Shown in pieces: positions 1-14,266 of a stretch of DNA of 64,000 nt; position 1 is the stretch's first letter; each line of letters starts with the position of its first letter. Made by a program: the position numbers and the translations under genes. Source of the stretch: Cycas panzhihuaensis (Eukaryota; Plantae; Cycadophyta); assembly GCA_023213395.1 (NCBI GenBank), contig CM041465.1, forward strand, positions 147,195,741-147,259,740. Reading direction: 5' to 3'. The notes under the pieces were generated by a model, which worked only from the letters and a program-made list of their open reading frames with translations, was not told where the DNA came from and searched no databases.

Positions 1-760
1 TGTACAAAAGCTAGGATAGTCTACACATAATGGAGACAAAAATGAAAATCACCATTGGTGGATATTTTTGTCATCCTAAGTTGATGAATTAAAGCATTTT
101 TTATTTCTATTTGGAGTCTCGTAGCCCCCAAGTCATAACAAGTGGTTATATGAGAACTTAATGTGACCTAGCCCTCAAGTAAAAAAGGTGTTAAAATTAT
201 TTTTTAGCCTTAATTAAATTTTTAATTGTTGAAATTGAATGAAGTAATAATTAATGTGTTTTGCGAGTTCATCATTTGAGATTTTGAAGGGCATATTTTC
301 ACTCAATATGATATTTAATGATCTAACATATATTTGTGATTTTGATTAATGCATTTTTGAATAAAAATACTTAGGAAGGAAATAAGTTGGCTTATATCAA
401 ACATTTTTTAGCATTCAATCCATTTTTAGGGATATGAGAACTTTAGAAAATGATAAAAGAGAAAGTGATTTTATTCCTTAGTTACTAGAAATTATTTTGA
501 TTTTTTTTTTCACAAGGAAAAAATTTTCTAATCATTTCATAAGGCTAAGAATAAAATTCAAAATGGGAATAAACCACCTTGTTTTATAATCACCTTATTG
601 TAGTATTCCGATGGAAAATTCTTAATGAGATTGTTGAAGTTACATCAATTGCAAATTGTACTTTGATGTAAAATAAATCAAATGCCTCTTGTTGTTAATA
701 TTAGATTACATAGTTAAATGAAGGAAATTTTATTCAAAATATGAGATATCATGAGCAATA
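1..760 (+). repeat. Old dispersed repeat O, copy 1 (probable internal region of a decayed LTR element; runs off the left edge)
   Basis: Colinear similarity to 24545-24780 plus 29420-29935, e.g. the shared strings CTACACATAATGGAGA, GCCCCCAAGTCATAACAAGTGGT, ATATTTTCACTCAAT and GTTAATATTAGATTACATAGTTAAATG. Confidence 0.8.
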
Positions 761-3290
761 AACCTCGTATCTAGAATGCGTCCTAGTAAGTGATGAGCAC
801 AATGACTAGTTATCCATGTATCTTGATGATGAATACATACTATAAGGATGTTGCATGCATGATTTATTATTTGAAAAAGGTGTTGGTTAACTCTAATATG
901 CATGTTATGAAGGAGTATAGCTGGGAAATTTTCTAAAGTACACAAGGTGAAGGAGTTCAACTATGATTTATACTTTTGCCTAAGGACATAGAGATAAAAT
1001 AGGTACTTCACAATATATTAGTGATCTTTTCTCCCATGAAGTGGAGCAAACTTGTAGGTGAATTTTGTTATACATGTGATACACATGGATAAACATGAGA
1101 AACATCTCATCAAAGTAGGATTGCATTCTATATTTATGGTTGTTTAAGTGCTTCATTTAATCATTGTAGTTAAGATTTCACTAATTGAAATTATGTAATG
1201 AATTTGTGATCCAGATATCAATAGGATTACAACAACTTACCAAGGTTATGATTGCAAGACTATTATGTGCTATTAACATAGTTGGGATGTAGGTAAACAC
1301 CAAAGAGGGGGGAAAATGTGCAAGAAAAATCAACTACCTTATGGTTAAAATTGTTATAGTTGCATGTTCAAGCAATAAAAAACATAAAGGAGGGTAGAAA
1401 GGAGGAGATACTCCCATAGAAATGTTAGCAAAGCAAATGAAAATGAAATTAATTAAAATAAAACAAAGGAAAGTTTACCCTTTTAAATCTACCTTTAATA
1501 CTAATTGCAACTAGTTATAACACCTAAAAGAAGTAAGGGTTATTCATTGTTATCTAAAGTAAGGTGAGGGAAAGACTTCTTACATGCAAAGAGTTTCCAT
1601 CAACTAGATATACATATGATACAAGAAAGATGGGTAAATTATTTTGAATGAACAACAAGAGAGTTTATGAGTGTTTCTAGTATAAATGATGAAAAGACAA
1701 AGAAGAAATAATGAAAAAAAGGATGTTTCTTTTATCTTCACCTTATGTAATTGTCCAAATAGTTCTTGTAATTGTAAAGTTTGTTGGATTTCTTTTGTAT
1801 CTGTGTCGCACTTTTTGACAATTAATCTTTTATAAACTAATATAACCTTTGATTTTATTTCTAACAAGACTATTGTTAGTGAAGTAGGCAATCACCATGT
1901 GTTTGTAATGATTATATTCCTAATTTAGATTCGTTAAGGCCTAGTATTTAGATTCCCTCATGATTACAATATGTAATTGTTGTGTGTTTACCCTTTCTAG
2001 TGGACTAGGGTGCCTTTGAGATTAAAAAGGGATTAATTATTTTACAATTATGATTTTAAATAAATAAAACATAGATTATGGCATAGAAGTTATAATTGGC
2101 TTCAAAACAAGTGGTCATGAGTCTTAAACAAATAACATTTGAGAAAGTTATATGAGTTTTAAGATTGCAATGTAAATATAAGTTACTAGAGGCTAACTTT
2201 ACAATAGAATATTAATTATATTAGTTTGAGACCAACCTCACTCTAAAATAGTTAACAAATTAGTTGAGTGTCTATATATAAGGAATGAGTGGGTCATTTG
2301 GAGAAACTAGCTTTTGCAATTACTTCTCTTTTCATTTTTGGAATAATGCACTATGTCTAAAGGCTCCCTTGCCTCAAAGTGGGATAGATATAATAGTAGA
2401 TATTCTATTATCTTGTTGAGTACTTTATAATAGAGATAAGTTGCACCATTAAAAATTATTCCGTTCTATGGTGAGTTATCATATTTAACATTTTTTCAAT
2501 TCTTTGTATATTGCTATATTTATTATTATTTCATCTTTTCAATATAATTGGGAATTGTTATTAGTATTCTATTACTTGCAAAATTTGATAATTGACAACA
2601 TTAGAGCATTTCTCTTATTATTTGTTTATGGAATCTATGTACAACCTTAAAAGGTTTCTATAAGTGGTATCATGGCATGATCTTACCCAATTAGCATTTA
2701 TACCAAAGATAAGCTATTTCATAAACATAAGCAATTGAATTCATAAAAAAATATTGAGGAATCAAGCTAGGCATATTTGTGTTATAAATTTTATGTAGAT
2801 ATATTGCATATTTTTTAATCAATATTGAGAGAGATCTAAGTTATTAGAAACATCATATATAGGGCCATTTCCCATTTTTAAAATATGAAATTGTTTTAGA
2901 AATGTAGAAATAGACTGAAAATATTTCTAGGTTGCTAGAAATATTTTTAGGTTGTTTCTAGGCCAAGCCTATACTTCTAGCTTTTTTTTAGCCATTTTTG
3001 GCTAATTTCTAGTCCATTCTGGCCTATTCTCTATTTTTTCTAGCCAGTTTTTAATTTTTTTTTGTATTTTTTTTTAAATTTTAAATCCATATAATAATGG
3101 TTTAAATACATAGAATAATGATTTAGTATATATTCTTCTATATTATATAAAAAATCTAATATAATGTTCTACATATTATATTAAATATAATACAATATTT
3201 AATATTTTAAACATATGCATGTGTACAAATATGTCCTAATTTCCATTTCTATGTTTAGGCTACTTAGAGAGAGATCTAAGGGTTTAAATA

Positions 3291-3635
3291 GGTTAACATG
3301 GTAGTTGTTTGTTAAGCCACTCATTAATATTAATGTGTGGTTTAACCAATTGTGATTATCAAAATGGTACGAGATATTCAGATGGTCACAACCCTTGTCA
3401 AATGACACCTCTTGGAAGGATATTTGTATTCTAGAGCCTTTGTATATCAATCAATTCAAGTAAGTGCAATCAATGTGAACCAAAAGATCTTTTGTGGTGA
3501 ATTTTTTTCCAAAATGGTTTCTCACATAAATCTTGTGTATTATACATATGTATTCTATATATATTTTTGTTTGTTTGATGTATATAGTTAAAGTTTCTAC
3601 AAATAGGAGCATATATATATTCATATTCCCTAACA
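3291..3635 (+). repeat. 5' LTR of A
   Basis: GGTTAACATGGTAGTTG...CCCTAACA aligns to 19632-20006 and is followed by the PBS. Confidence 0.88.
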
Positions 3636-4985
3636 TAATATCAGAGCCATAGGGTCATATATAGTTGAAGCCAGAAGTTGGGTAGAATGGTGAGATCGTT
3701 CGTTGTTGGGTGATGTCATCAAACCCAAGATGTATCTTGAGGATCCATTAATGACATGCAAAAGTAGGCACACCTATCAATGGTAGTTGAGATGGTGAAA
3801 ATCACTAATCAACGAAGATTAAGGGTCTATTAGAGTCAAAATTTAGATGTGAAGGCCATGTTTGTGATATGAGTTGGCTCAATGGGGCCCATCCGAGATT
3901 AGTCAGTAATCTATAGTAGTGATTGAAGCTATCAAAGCATGTTCTAATGGTGATTCGGTGTTAGTGAGGACAACTATGCATGTATACATATAAGTCAATC
4001 ATTTTCTCAATAAAGCACCATAAAATTTAATGTAAAATAAGTTATTTTTTGCTATGGAATATACCTTTTTTGTTTGAGGGAGAGATTAGAGCTTAGATCA
4101 GTGTTTTTTGGCTCTTGATACAAAAGTTAGATAGTATACATAGTTGTAGTAGTTGTGTTTAATGAAGCAATGATTGTACTTTAAGTTGTGGTGCTTTTTG
4201 TATGAGTGTGGGCCCCTGAGTTTAAGCTGTGCATATGATTTAAGCCTGCAACTATCAAGCAAGAGCTAGCTAGGTTGTTAATAGTGTGGCTAGATTACAT
4301 TCAAGGGATCCTTATCAATCGTAAGGTTGTGTATACTCTGTTCAATTCCTGAGAGACCTACGCTACTATGCAGCTACTGAGGGTTAAGGAAATAATGGGA
4401 GAATTGTAGGATATTTTAAAAGGTAATCTTTTGATAAAATCTAACCTTTGGAACCTTAATATATATTTTAGCATGTGTTTTACTATTATTTAGCATATGC
4501 ATTTAGTTCTAAGAGGCATGGGTGTGTCAAAAGTTGCTTTTGTTAGAATATGCCCTTTGGCATATTTCTTTTATAATAAGACATTATAAAAGGACCCTTA
4601 TACTATTGATTTGTAAACTATTTCAAAGTATGAAATACTTTGAAGCCATGTGACATGTTTCGAAGAGATTTTTTAGCATATTTAATCTAAAATCTCTTAT
4701 AGACCATGTATTTACACTGTGCAAAGATTCCCTTAGTTTTCGGAGTACATTTTAAAGCATTATAAATTTGTTTTTAAGGATTTTGTGTACTTTTGAGGAC
4801 ATTTTAAGGCTTGTTGGTGAAGAATGAATAGTTGGTGAGCTACTCAGAGCATGCACAATCATTGTTTGGGGTTCCCCAATAAGTGTGCATGAGCCAGAGG
4901 AGACCAAAATGGTACTTTGTTGTCCAGAAAGACTATATGTTTATCGTTTGGTAATATTAACTTGTGTTGAAGCCCATTTCTCAAG

Positions 4986-7527
4986 ATGGACTGCATGACA
5001 CCAAAGGTTATCTTCAATGACGACAATTTTAGTGAGTGGAAGGCCAACATGGAGTTGGTATTGATGGTAAATTAATTTTGGGTATCTAAGGCAAAGGTAA
5101 ATACAATCTCACTTGACCATAAAGAGTGTGTGCAACTTGAGGAAAAGTAATTTATGGTTATAGGATTATTAAAATTATCCCTGACGTTGGACCAGATGGC
5201 TTTGGTTCATAATCTAGAGCAACCAGATGAAATCTAGACAAAATTGTATGACACTTTTGAAAAAAAGAAGATGAATAGACCTCTAGCCTTGATGTTGGAG
5301 CTGCTCAATTTGACTGTAGAATGTGAGACCAACATCAATTCTTACTAAATAAGATTACTAACTTAAAGAAACAAACGAGAAGAATTAAAGTTAAATTCGA
5401 TTAATGATGTGTTGTTGTTTGCAATAATCATGTCGAAGTTGCCAACTGCTTTTGCCACTTTTCAGACCATTTATGATAGAGATGAGGTGATGGAGGCAGA
5501 GATTTTTTATGGCATTAAAAACTTTATTCTAACAAAGGATGCCAAGCTAAAACATCATGGAATGCTTGGAGGTTCCAAATTAAGTTAGGCTTTAGCCATG
5601 AAAACATGGAGAAAAGAGGTTGTTCAGGAGGAGAGGTTCACATAGAGGTCTAAGGAAGACTCTTAGGAGAAGAAGAAATTTAATAGTAAATGTAATTATA
5701 TAAGAAGAAAGGCCACAGAGAAAATAATTGTTGGTTCAAGAGATGTGATAAACACAAAGTAAACCAGGATGGCAAAGGTGAGAGCATTGCTGCACACTAC
5801 TCTGAGTATAAGCCCTATCAGTCAAGTCGAATAAGAGAGATTACTAGATTTTGGGCTCTCGAGTGTAGAAGTATATCTCTTACCAGGAGCGTAACTTTGA
5901 TACATGGAGTGAAAATCATAGTGGTACAGAAATCATCCTTAGAGATGCTTGTGTATTACTAGTGGAAAGGTATCAGTAAGGTTTCCTTGGCAAGTGGTAA
6001 GTTTATAAGGGTATATTATGTACCCCAGATGTAATTGAATTTGCTTTGGGCCTAAGAGATCTATAACCAAGGTATGAAAGTGGAGTTGTATCATGATAGA
6101 TGCCTAATTAAGGATCTGAAATAGAATTTCTCTATCATTGCTATCAAGAAGGTCGGAGATAACTTTTAAGTATTTGAGAAGTTTCAATCTTAGAAGAAGT
6201 CTTACACTTTTATTGCTAGTGTCGATGATATGAGCAAGTTGTGGTATGATTGCCTATGACACCTTAATTATAATAACATCACACTGCTAAAGAGGTTGAA
6301 GATGGTGGAAGGATTACCATCTATTTCATGCTTAGACTATGTTTGTGAATAGTGCATGTATGAAAAACATCATCACAATCATTTTGCTCGGATGAATGAG
6401 TGGAGTGCCAATGAGAAGCCAGAGCTTGTGCATACAGATGTAATGGGTCCACTCTCAAATCTCTTAATATCAGGACCTCGTTACACCTTAGTATTTATGG
6501 ATGATTACACTATTAAAGCCTGGGTATATTTACTGAAGAAAGAGTCAGATGTGTTTGATCATTTTTGTGAATAGAAGTGATGGTAGAAAATGAAAGTGAA
6601 AAGAAAATTAAGACACTACCAAGTAATAATGGCAAGCAGTATAACAATCATGCATTTAATTAGTTTTAGCAGGATCATAGTATAAAATGGAAATTTATGG
6701 TCTCATATATCCCATAATAAAATGGAGATTTTAAAAAGAAGAATTGCACCATGATAGATATAACAAGGTGTATGGTGCAATCTAAGAACTTGCCACCGAT
6801 GTTTTGGATAGAGGCTATGGCAACTGTTGTTTACATTCTATATTAGGTACCCACTCAAGCAGTTCATATCATGACCCCTAAAGAAAAATGAACTGGTCAT
6901 AAACCTGTCATTAACCATTTAAAAACTTTTGGGTGCATTGGATATGCACACATCCCAGATGACACTCATAGGAAGCTAGATTGAAAAAGTCTAAAGTGTA
7001 TTTTTGTGGTGTATAGTGATCAAAATAAAGCTTGCAAACTGTGGGATCGTAAGGAAAAATATTGTGATTAGTCAAATGTAAAATTTAATGAGTTATTGAT
7101 GTATCATGCTAAAAATTTATTAAAAGAGCCTCTTTAACCCTCACTACTTCCATTTCCAAATTCATCAAGTGAAGAGGATGATGAGCCAGTCATTGGAATT
7201 CATGACAAAGTTGGACTGAGTGGAGAGAGTAATACTAAGGAACTGCCATATGAAATACCTCCAACACTAAGTTCTTCTACACTACTATAGGTAAGGAAAA
7301 CAATTGAAGATTCTGAAGTGGCGATGCATACCCTTGCTAATAAAAGAAGAATAAGAAGTTAGCATGCCAATTAAACTCTACTGGTAGACACTAACAACTC
7401 GAATGATCTTAATTCGTATGATGAAGTGAAAGGTGATCTATGATAGAGAGCTACGATAGAAGAGGAGTATGGTTCCCTCGTGAAGAACAACACAAGGGAT
7501 TTGGTTTTACTCCCTCTGACAAAGAAC
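4986..7527 (+). pseudogene. A gag-pol part 1 (gag, integrase, start of RT)
   Basis: Gag N-terminus FNDDNFSEWKANM; integrase ELVHTDVMGP...YTLVFMDDYT.KAWVYLLK (ORF 6356-6574); many stops and frameshifts. Confidence 0.85.
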
Positions 7528-8171
7528 TGTTGGATATTGTGACAACAATAGTTTGAGGCTAAAATTTTGGCATGTTAGCGGCGCAGTTTCTCCCTCTAAT
7601 CTTTCTCAGGGGTTCCAAGGGGGGCGAGAGCCCCCCTTGGCCAGGAGGTGCAGGGGGCGTGGAATGCCCTCCCTTAAGAGGGAGTTCAGGGGCGATAGCC
7701 CCTGACCCAAAAAATTATCCCTGTAAACCATATTAAAATGTAAAGAGAATCAGGGTCATTCAATACAAATACCCTAGATTCTACGATTGAGATTTATGCC
7801 TTGGATGTCCCTCTCATGTAGCCCGATTTAGGGCTTTTCTTATTATGTTGTATGTAATGTAATGTACTGTGATGAGGGCGACGACTGGTTATTGTTTCTA
7901 AGAGCACTCTACTACTGATATGTACTTTTTCTCCATTTTATAGTAATAAGGATCGATACCTTTCCTATGTGGATGTTTCCCTAACATACTACTAGGGTTT
8001 TACTACGTTATATTGGGCGCATATGTGATGTTTGGCTTTCATATTTATGTTATTGTATTATCTCTAAGTTTAGAACTTGCATGTTAAATTATAGTTTTGA
8101 TTCCTATAACTAGTTGCAAAATAGTTCAGATCTTGTGGCGGTTTAAGGTTTGAGACCTTGTATTATCAACA
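7528..8171 (+). repeat. 5' LTR of B (644 bp)
   Basis: Direct repeat of 12213-12858 with TG...CA termini. Confidence 0.96.
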
Positions 8172-8243
8172 AGTGGTATCAGAGCCACTTTTTTTTTTTG
8201 TAGCGAGTTTGTGAAGGTTTTGGTGTTAGCTTTTCTACACCAA

Positions 8244-11200
8244 ATGGCGAAACTAGCAGGTGCAAAGTTTGAAGTGGAGAAATTCAATGGCAAGAACAAC
8301 TTCGAGTTATAGAAGCTAAAAGTGCATGATATTCTTGTACAACAGGGTTTGTACAAAGCTCTTGTAGGTAAATCGAAGAAACCCACAGGGATGGACGATG
8401 ATGAATGGGATGACTTAGACAGAAAGACACTTAGCAAAATATGATTGTGCTTGGCAGATGAAGTCTTATTTAACATCGCAGTGGAGGAGATGATAGCATG
8501 ATTATGGACCCGGTTGGAAGGCATGTATATGACCAAATCAGTAACAAATCAAATCTACCTGAAGAGGCAACTGTACTCCTTACAGATGAAGGAAGGTACA
8601 CAAATTGCTGACCATTTAAATGTTTTCAATACTCTTATTTATTAGTTGACTAGTATCGATGTTAAAATTGAGTATGAGGATAAGGCTGTTACCTTGTTAT
8701 GCTCATTACTCGAATCTTGGGATAATATTGTCATCTCAATTAGTTTTAGCACTACAGATGTATTGGATTATGATTCTGTTGTGAGTGCTTTGCTAATGGA
8801 AGAAGTACGGAGGAAGTCTAGTCTTGAAACCTCCACACCAGAAGCTATGATGGCAAGGGATAAAACGATTGAGAGAGGACAAAACTCTAGGGATACATCG
8901 AGGTCTAAGTCAAAGAGCAAAAAGAGTAAGCTCAGATGTTGGCACTATAATAAGACTGGTCACCTCAAAAAGAATTGCTATAAAAGGAAGGAGTTCTAGA
9001 AAAAGGAAGATCATGCCAAGGAGATGAATAAGGTGGAGTCAAATCAAGGTATGGATGATGATGTCTTGGTTACTTGTAATGTTTCTCATTATCACCATGA
9101 CTGGTTATTAGATTCAGATGCTTCGTACCACATGTGTCCACACAAGAGTTGGTTCTCATCATACCAACCTCTTGATGGTGGTGATGTGTTTATGGAAAAT
9201 GAAGTTTCTTATAAGACAATGGGCATTGGTAGCATCAGAATTAAGATGTTCAATGGGGTAGTGAGAATATTAACTGAGGTTAGACATGTACTGATCTGAA
9301 AAGTAATCAGATTTCCTTAGGTGAACTAGATTCGGGTGGTTATAAATATACAGGTCATGAAGGAGTCTTAAAGGTGTCAAAGGGTGCCTTGGTTGTTATG
9401 AAAGCCTTAAAGAAAGGAAATCTTTATATTTTAGTGGAAAGTACATATGTCAGCCAAGCAACTGATGTCAAAGACGTAGAAGATCCGACAGTTGTGGCAT
9501 CAGAGACTTGGGCACATGAGTGAGAGAGGACTTAAGGTGCTGATAAACCGTAAGTTACTTCCTGACTTACAACTTTCAGATTTGGCTTTCTGTAAACATT
9601 ACGTTTTTGGAAAACAGTGTAGACTTAGGTTTAAAGTAGGAAGTCACAGTAGTAAAGACATTTTGGATTACATACATTCAGATGTATGGGGACCAACCCC
9701 TAAAATATCTTGTGGAGGATCATTATATTTTATCACATTTATAGATGATTACTCTAGGAAGATATGGGTCTATTTTTTGAAAAGGAAATCTAAAGTTTTC
9801 AGCGTGTTTAAGCAGTTCAAGGCTCTAGTTGCAAACACTACTACTAAGTCAATTAAATGTTTAAGAACAGATAATGGAGGTGAGTTCAACTTCTTGGAGT
9901 TTGAGAACTATTGCAGAGAAGCTGGGATTGAAAGACATAAGACCACTAGCTATACTCCCCAGTAAAATGGCAGTGCTGAGCGCATGAATAGGATACTTTT
10001 GGAAAGAGCAAGAAGCATGTTAAGTAATGCTGGAGTGGAGCAGGGCTTGTGGGCAGAAGATGTTCAAACAACTTGCTATCTAGTAAATAGATCACCATCA
10101 CTTGTAATAGATTGTAAGATTCCTGAAGAGGTATGGACTGGACATCTATGTGATTATTCAAATTTGAGAGTTTTTGGTTGTGATGCTTATACCTGGACTG
10201 ATAAAAGTAAACGTTCAAAGTTCGACCCAAAATCCAAGAAATGTATCTTTGTTGATTATGGTGATAAAGATGGTGTGAAGGGATACAGGTTATGGGATCC
10301 TACTGCCCATAAAATCACCATTAATAGAGATGTTATATTTGATGAATCTCCCCTTGTAAAATCAGACAATGGAGAAGTTGAAATGAAATAGGAGCGGCAA
10401 GTTGAACATTAACAAGTTAAGTTTAAAATGCAGCCATATGTGGAATCAGAAGTATAGGAAGATCTTTCTGAAGATGAATCAGTAACAGATTCACATGAGT
10501 ATGTGGACACTCCTCTGCCAACAGTTAGAAGATCTACACAAGTTAGTCATCCACCTGACAAGTACAACCCTTCTACTTCTATTGCTTTAGTTTCTAATGA
10601 TGGTGAGCCCACATGTTATCGGGAAGTGGTAGATGATATCCATGGTGAGAAGTGGAAAAGGGCTATGCAAGAAGAGATAGATGCTTTGAAGAAAAATAAT
10701 TCATGGGACTTGGTAGAACTTCCACATGGTAGGACGACTGTTGGTTGTAGGTGGGTTTTCAAAAAGAAAACAGATGTTGATGGAAAGGTTGATAAATACA
10801 GGGCAAGACTGGTGGCTAAAGGTTTTGCACAAAAAGCAGGCATTGACTTTCATAAGATCTTTGCACCAGTTGTCAAACTTGTTTCAATTCGAGTGCTATT
10901 AGCATTGGTAGCTTCTCTCGATTTGGAGTTGGAGTTGTTAGATGTAAAAACAACTTTTCTACATGGAGATTTAGATGAGGAGATCTATATGGATCAACCA
11001 GAAGGGTTTGTACAAGATGGCAGGAAAAGACTTGCTTGCAAGCTCAGGAAATCATTGTATGGCCTAAAACAATCACCCAGGCAGTGGTACAAGAAGTTTG
11101 ATACCTTCATGGAGAGCCAAAATTTTAAAAGAAGTGAGTATGATCATTGTGTTTACTTCAAATTTATGGACAATGGCTTATTCATTATCTTGGTATTATA

Positions 11201-12164
11201 TGTTGATGACATGCTGGTTGCAAGCAAGAGCATGGAAGAAATCAATAAGCTAAAGGCTAAACTGGCTAGGACTTTTGATATGAAGGATCTAGGAGCTGCA
11301 AAATAAATCTTAGGCATGGAGATACACAGAGATAGAAAAAATAGTAAGCTATGGTTATCACAACAGAAATATGCGGAGAAGGTGTTAACTAGGTTTGGTA
11401 TAGCAAATGTGAAACTAGTGAGTATCCCATTGGCTTCCCACTTCAAGCTTTCTTTGAATATGAGTCATAGTAGTGAAGAGGAAAAGGTTTATATATCTCG
11501 TGTGCCTTATGCCAGTGCAGTAAGAAGTTTGATGTATGCCATGGTATGTACAAGACCTGATATTTCACATGCAGTCAGTGTAGTTAGCAGGTTTATGGCA
11601 AATCCAGGAAAGGAATATTAGGCTGCAGTAAAATAGGTGCTTTGGTATTTGAGAGACACAAGTGACTACTGCATCATCTTTGGAGGTACAGGTAATCAGG
11701 TTTGTGTATATGTTGATTTAGACTTTGCAGGAGATTTAGACAAAAGAAGGTCTATTTCAGGTTATGTTTTCACTCTTGCAAATGGTCCAGTTAGTTGGAT
11801 GTCTAAATTGCATATCACAATTACACTATCAACCACAGAAGCTAAATATGTTGCTACAGCACATGCTTGTAAAGAAGCAATCTGGTTACAAGGTTTATTG
11901 GTTGAGCTTGGAAGGAGACAGGAAAATGTAAATGTATTTTGTGACAGTCAAAGTGCCATTTACTTAGCCAATAATCCAGCTTATCACAGTAGAACAAAGC
12001 ATATTGCTCTTAAGTACCATTTTGTTAGATAGGTTGTGGAAGCAGGTGGAGTGGCACTTGAGAAGATTCACACAAATCAGAATTGTGTTGATATGTTCAT
12101 AAAACTAGTACCATTAGAGAAGTTCAAGTGGTGTTTGACTTCTCTTGGCTTGCAAAAAAGATGA
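8244..12164 (+). pseudogene. B gag-pol polyprotein, interrupted by stop codons
   Basis: MAKLAGAKFEVEKFNGKNNFEL; zinc-knuckle remnant CWHYNKTGHLKKNC; protease WLLDSDASYHM; GAG-pre-integrase WHQRLGH; integrase HSDVWGP and LRTDNGGEF; RT YGLKQSPRQW and YVDDML; RNase H DFAGDLDKRRS and FCDSQSAI. Confidence 0.96.
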
Positions 12165-12212
12165 TGAAGGGTCCAGGAAAGGTATCGGGTAAATTGTTGG
12201 CAAGGTGGAGAT

Positions 12213-12858
12213 TGTTGAATATTGTGACAACAATAGTTTGAGGCTAAACTTTTGGTATGTTAGCAGCGCGGTTTCCCCCCCTAATCTTTCTCGGAGGGTT
12301 CCAAGGGGGGAGGGAGCCCCCCTTGGCCAGGGGGTGCAGAGGGCATGGAATGCCCCCCGTTAAGAGGGGGTTCGGGGGCTATCGCCCCCCGACCCGAAAA
12401 ATTAACCATGTAAACCATATTAAAATGTAAAGAGAATCAGGGTCGTTTGATGCAAATACCCTAGATTCTACGGTTGAGATTTATGCGTTGGATGTCCCTC
12501 TCATGTAGCCTAATTTAGGGATTTTCTTATTATGTTGTATGTAATGTAATGTATTGTGATGAGGGTGATGACTGGTTATTATTCCTGAGAGCACTCTACT
12601 ACTGAGATGTACTTTTTCTCCATTTTACAGCAATAAAGATCGATACCTTTCTCGTGTGGATATTTCCCTAACACACTGCTAGGGTTTTACCATGTTATAT
12701 CAGGCGCATATGTGATGTTTGGCTTTCATATTCATGTTATTGTATTATCTCTGAGTTTAAAACTTGCATGTTAAATTCTAGTTTTGATTCCCGTAACTAG
12801 TTGCAAAATAGTTCAGATCTTGTGGTGGTTTAAGATTTAGGACCTTGTATTCTCAACA
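12213..12858 (+). repeat. 3' LTR of B (646 bp)
   Basis: Follows the PPT; direct repeat of 7528-8171. Confidence 0.96.
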
Positions 12859-12863
12859 AGAAC

Positions 12864-13352
12864 CTTGTTGGATACAAGGGTCTACAAGACTAATTTTTGT
12901 TCTAATAGAGAGGTGGATAAGTACAAAGCTGGGCTTGTTGCTCAAGGGTTCAAATAAAAAGAAGGAATTGATTATAATGAGATATTTACACCCGTCTCTA
13001 CGATAATGGCAATCCATTTGATCATTTCCTTAGCAGTTACTTATAGTTAGGAGTTACACCAGATGGACATCAAGTTCATATTTCTTAATGGAGATCTAAA
13101 GGAGGAGATATATATATTGCAACATTTGGGATTCATTAAGGAAGGTCGGGAGTATCTTATATGTTGATTAAAGAAATCACTCTATGACCTAAAATAAGCA
13201 CCCTGTGCTTAGTATGAGAAGATGGATACCAAGTTAAAAGATGAAGGATTCCTTATTTATGATCTTAATTTGAATATGTATGTGAAAAGGAGAGGAACCT
13301 CAATAGTAGTTATTGTGGTGTATGTGGATGATTTAATCATTAGAGGCAAATG
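12864..13352 (+). pseudogene. A pol part 2 (RT)
   Basis: Resumes the RT across the AGAAC TSD; KYKAGLVAQGF, FLNGDLKEEIY and VVYVDDLII motifs. Confidence 0.88.
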
Positions 13353-13569
13353 TGTTAAAACGTAATGTTTTATCTAGACAAAGAGGGGTCATGTTGACCC
13401 ACCCCTTAAAATGTAACTCCAAATAGGAGTTGTGACACTTGGCAGCCTCATGTAGGTCAGTTACATTTCTATTTGTAACGGTCATCTCAGTGATGTATAT
13501 TTAAGAGGAATGAGACTCCATGTAATATCAAGTTCTGATCTTCATTCTATCTAAGTTAGTTTTCTATCA
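13353..13569 (+). repeat. 5' LTR of C (217 bp)
   Basis: Direct repeat of 18389-18604; manual count gives 11 transitions and 1 indel. Confidence 0.96.
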
Positions 13570-14266
13570 TGGTATTAGAGCAGGTTATCCTACCTGCTTG
13601 AGAGAGGGTCCTTTGTGTGTAATAGAGTTTGTTCTGAAAGAGACAAGGAAGCCTGCAACATAGGAGACAAATTGAAAGTGAAGCGAAGGATCCAGCATGT
13701 CCAGAAGTAGACCTGAGGACCACAGGAAGCACCGTACGGCCACTGTACGAAACCATACATTGTACGGACCAGAAAATTCAAACTTCTCAAATCAAGCTAA
13801 AATTTGTCCAGCAAGTAGATCTTGACCTCCTCTTCAACTTTTCCTTCTGGATCGAAGTCATTTGAAGAGGTTTTGATAGGGTTTTTTCCCCTTTATTAGC
13901 TGTGCAGGTTTGGAGGTATTTCAGTAAATTTCTCCCAAAATTTTTGAAATTCTTGAGTCAAATCTGTTGTAAACTTAATGTCTAGGTATTACAAAAGTTT
14001 TGTGATAGACTTTGAGGAATTCTATGAAGTATTTTTTAAATTACAAGCAAAAACATGTTGTGCCCTAACTATGTTTTCTAGTCTTTCAGGTCGATTTTCT
14101 CCTCATCCATAAACTGTTTTGGAAAACTAATATTAGATCTGTGAGCCTCGTCTCATAACCTCTCTTTTGAGGTACATATCGTATAATTTTGTACAAGTTC
14201 AATTCTGTACAAAAATCCATACCGTGTACGGCCTGCACTCTATCTCTCAGTTTCTCAGCTGTTAAA

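Larger units (their letters stand above)
7528..12858 (+). mobile_element. Ty1/Copia LTR retrotransposon B (Tnt1/Tork-like), nested in the RT of A
   Basis: LTRs TGTTG...TCAACA at 7528-8171 and 12213-12858; PBS TGGTATCAGAGCC at 8174; PPT GGCAAGGTGGAGAT at 12199-12212; perfect TSD AGAAC at 7523-7527 and 12859-12863. Confidence 0.97.

Noticed and set aside
1317-2676. Possible LTR between a PPT-like tract (1302-1316) and PBS-like AAGTGGTATCATGGC (about 2662-2676)
   Set aside because: No partner LTR or TSD in the window, and no clear match to the LTR ending at 21346.
2830-3290. TTTCTAG/TAGCC-rich short repeats (and 20690-20760) as a DNA transposon or MITE end
   Set aside because: No terminal inverted repeats or TSD identified.
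3650-4900. PPT-like TTTGAGGGAGAGATT at about 4073 in the long leader of A, suggesting another nested remnant
   Set aside because: No LTR pair, PBS or TSD could be assigned.
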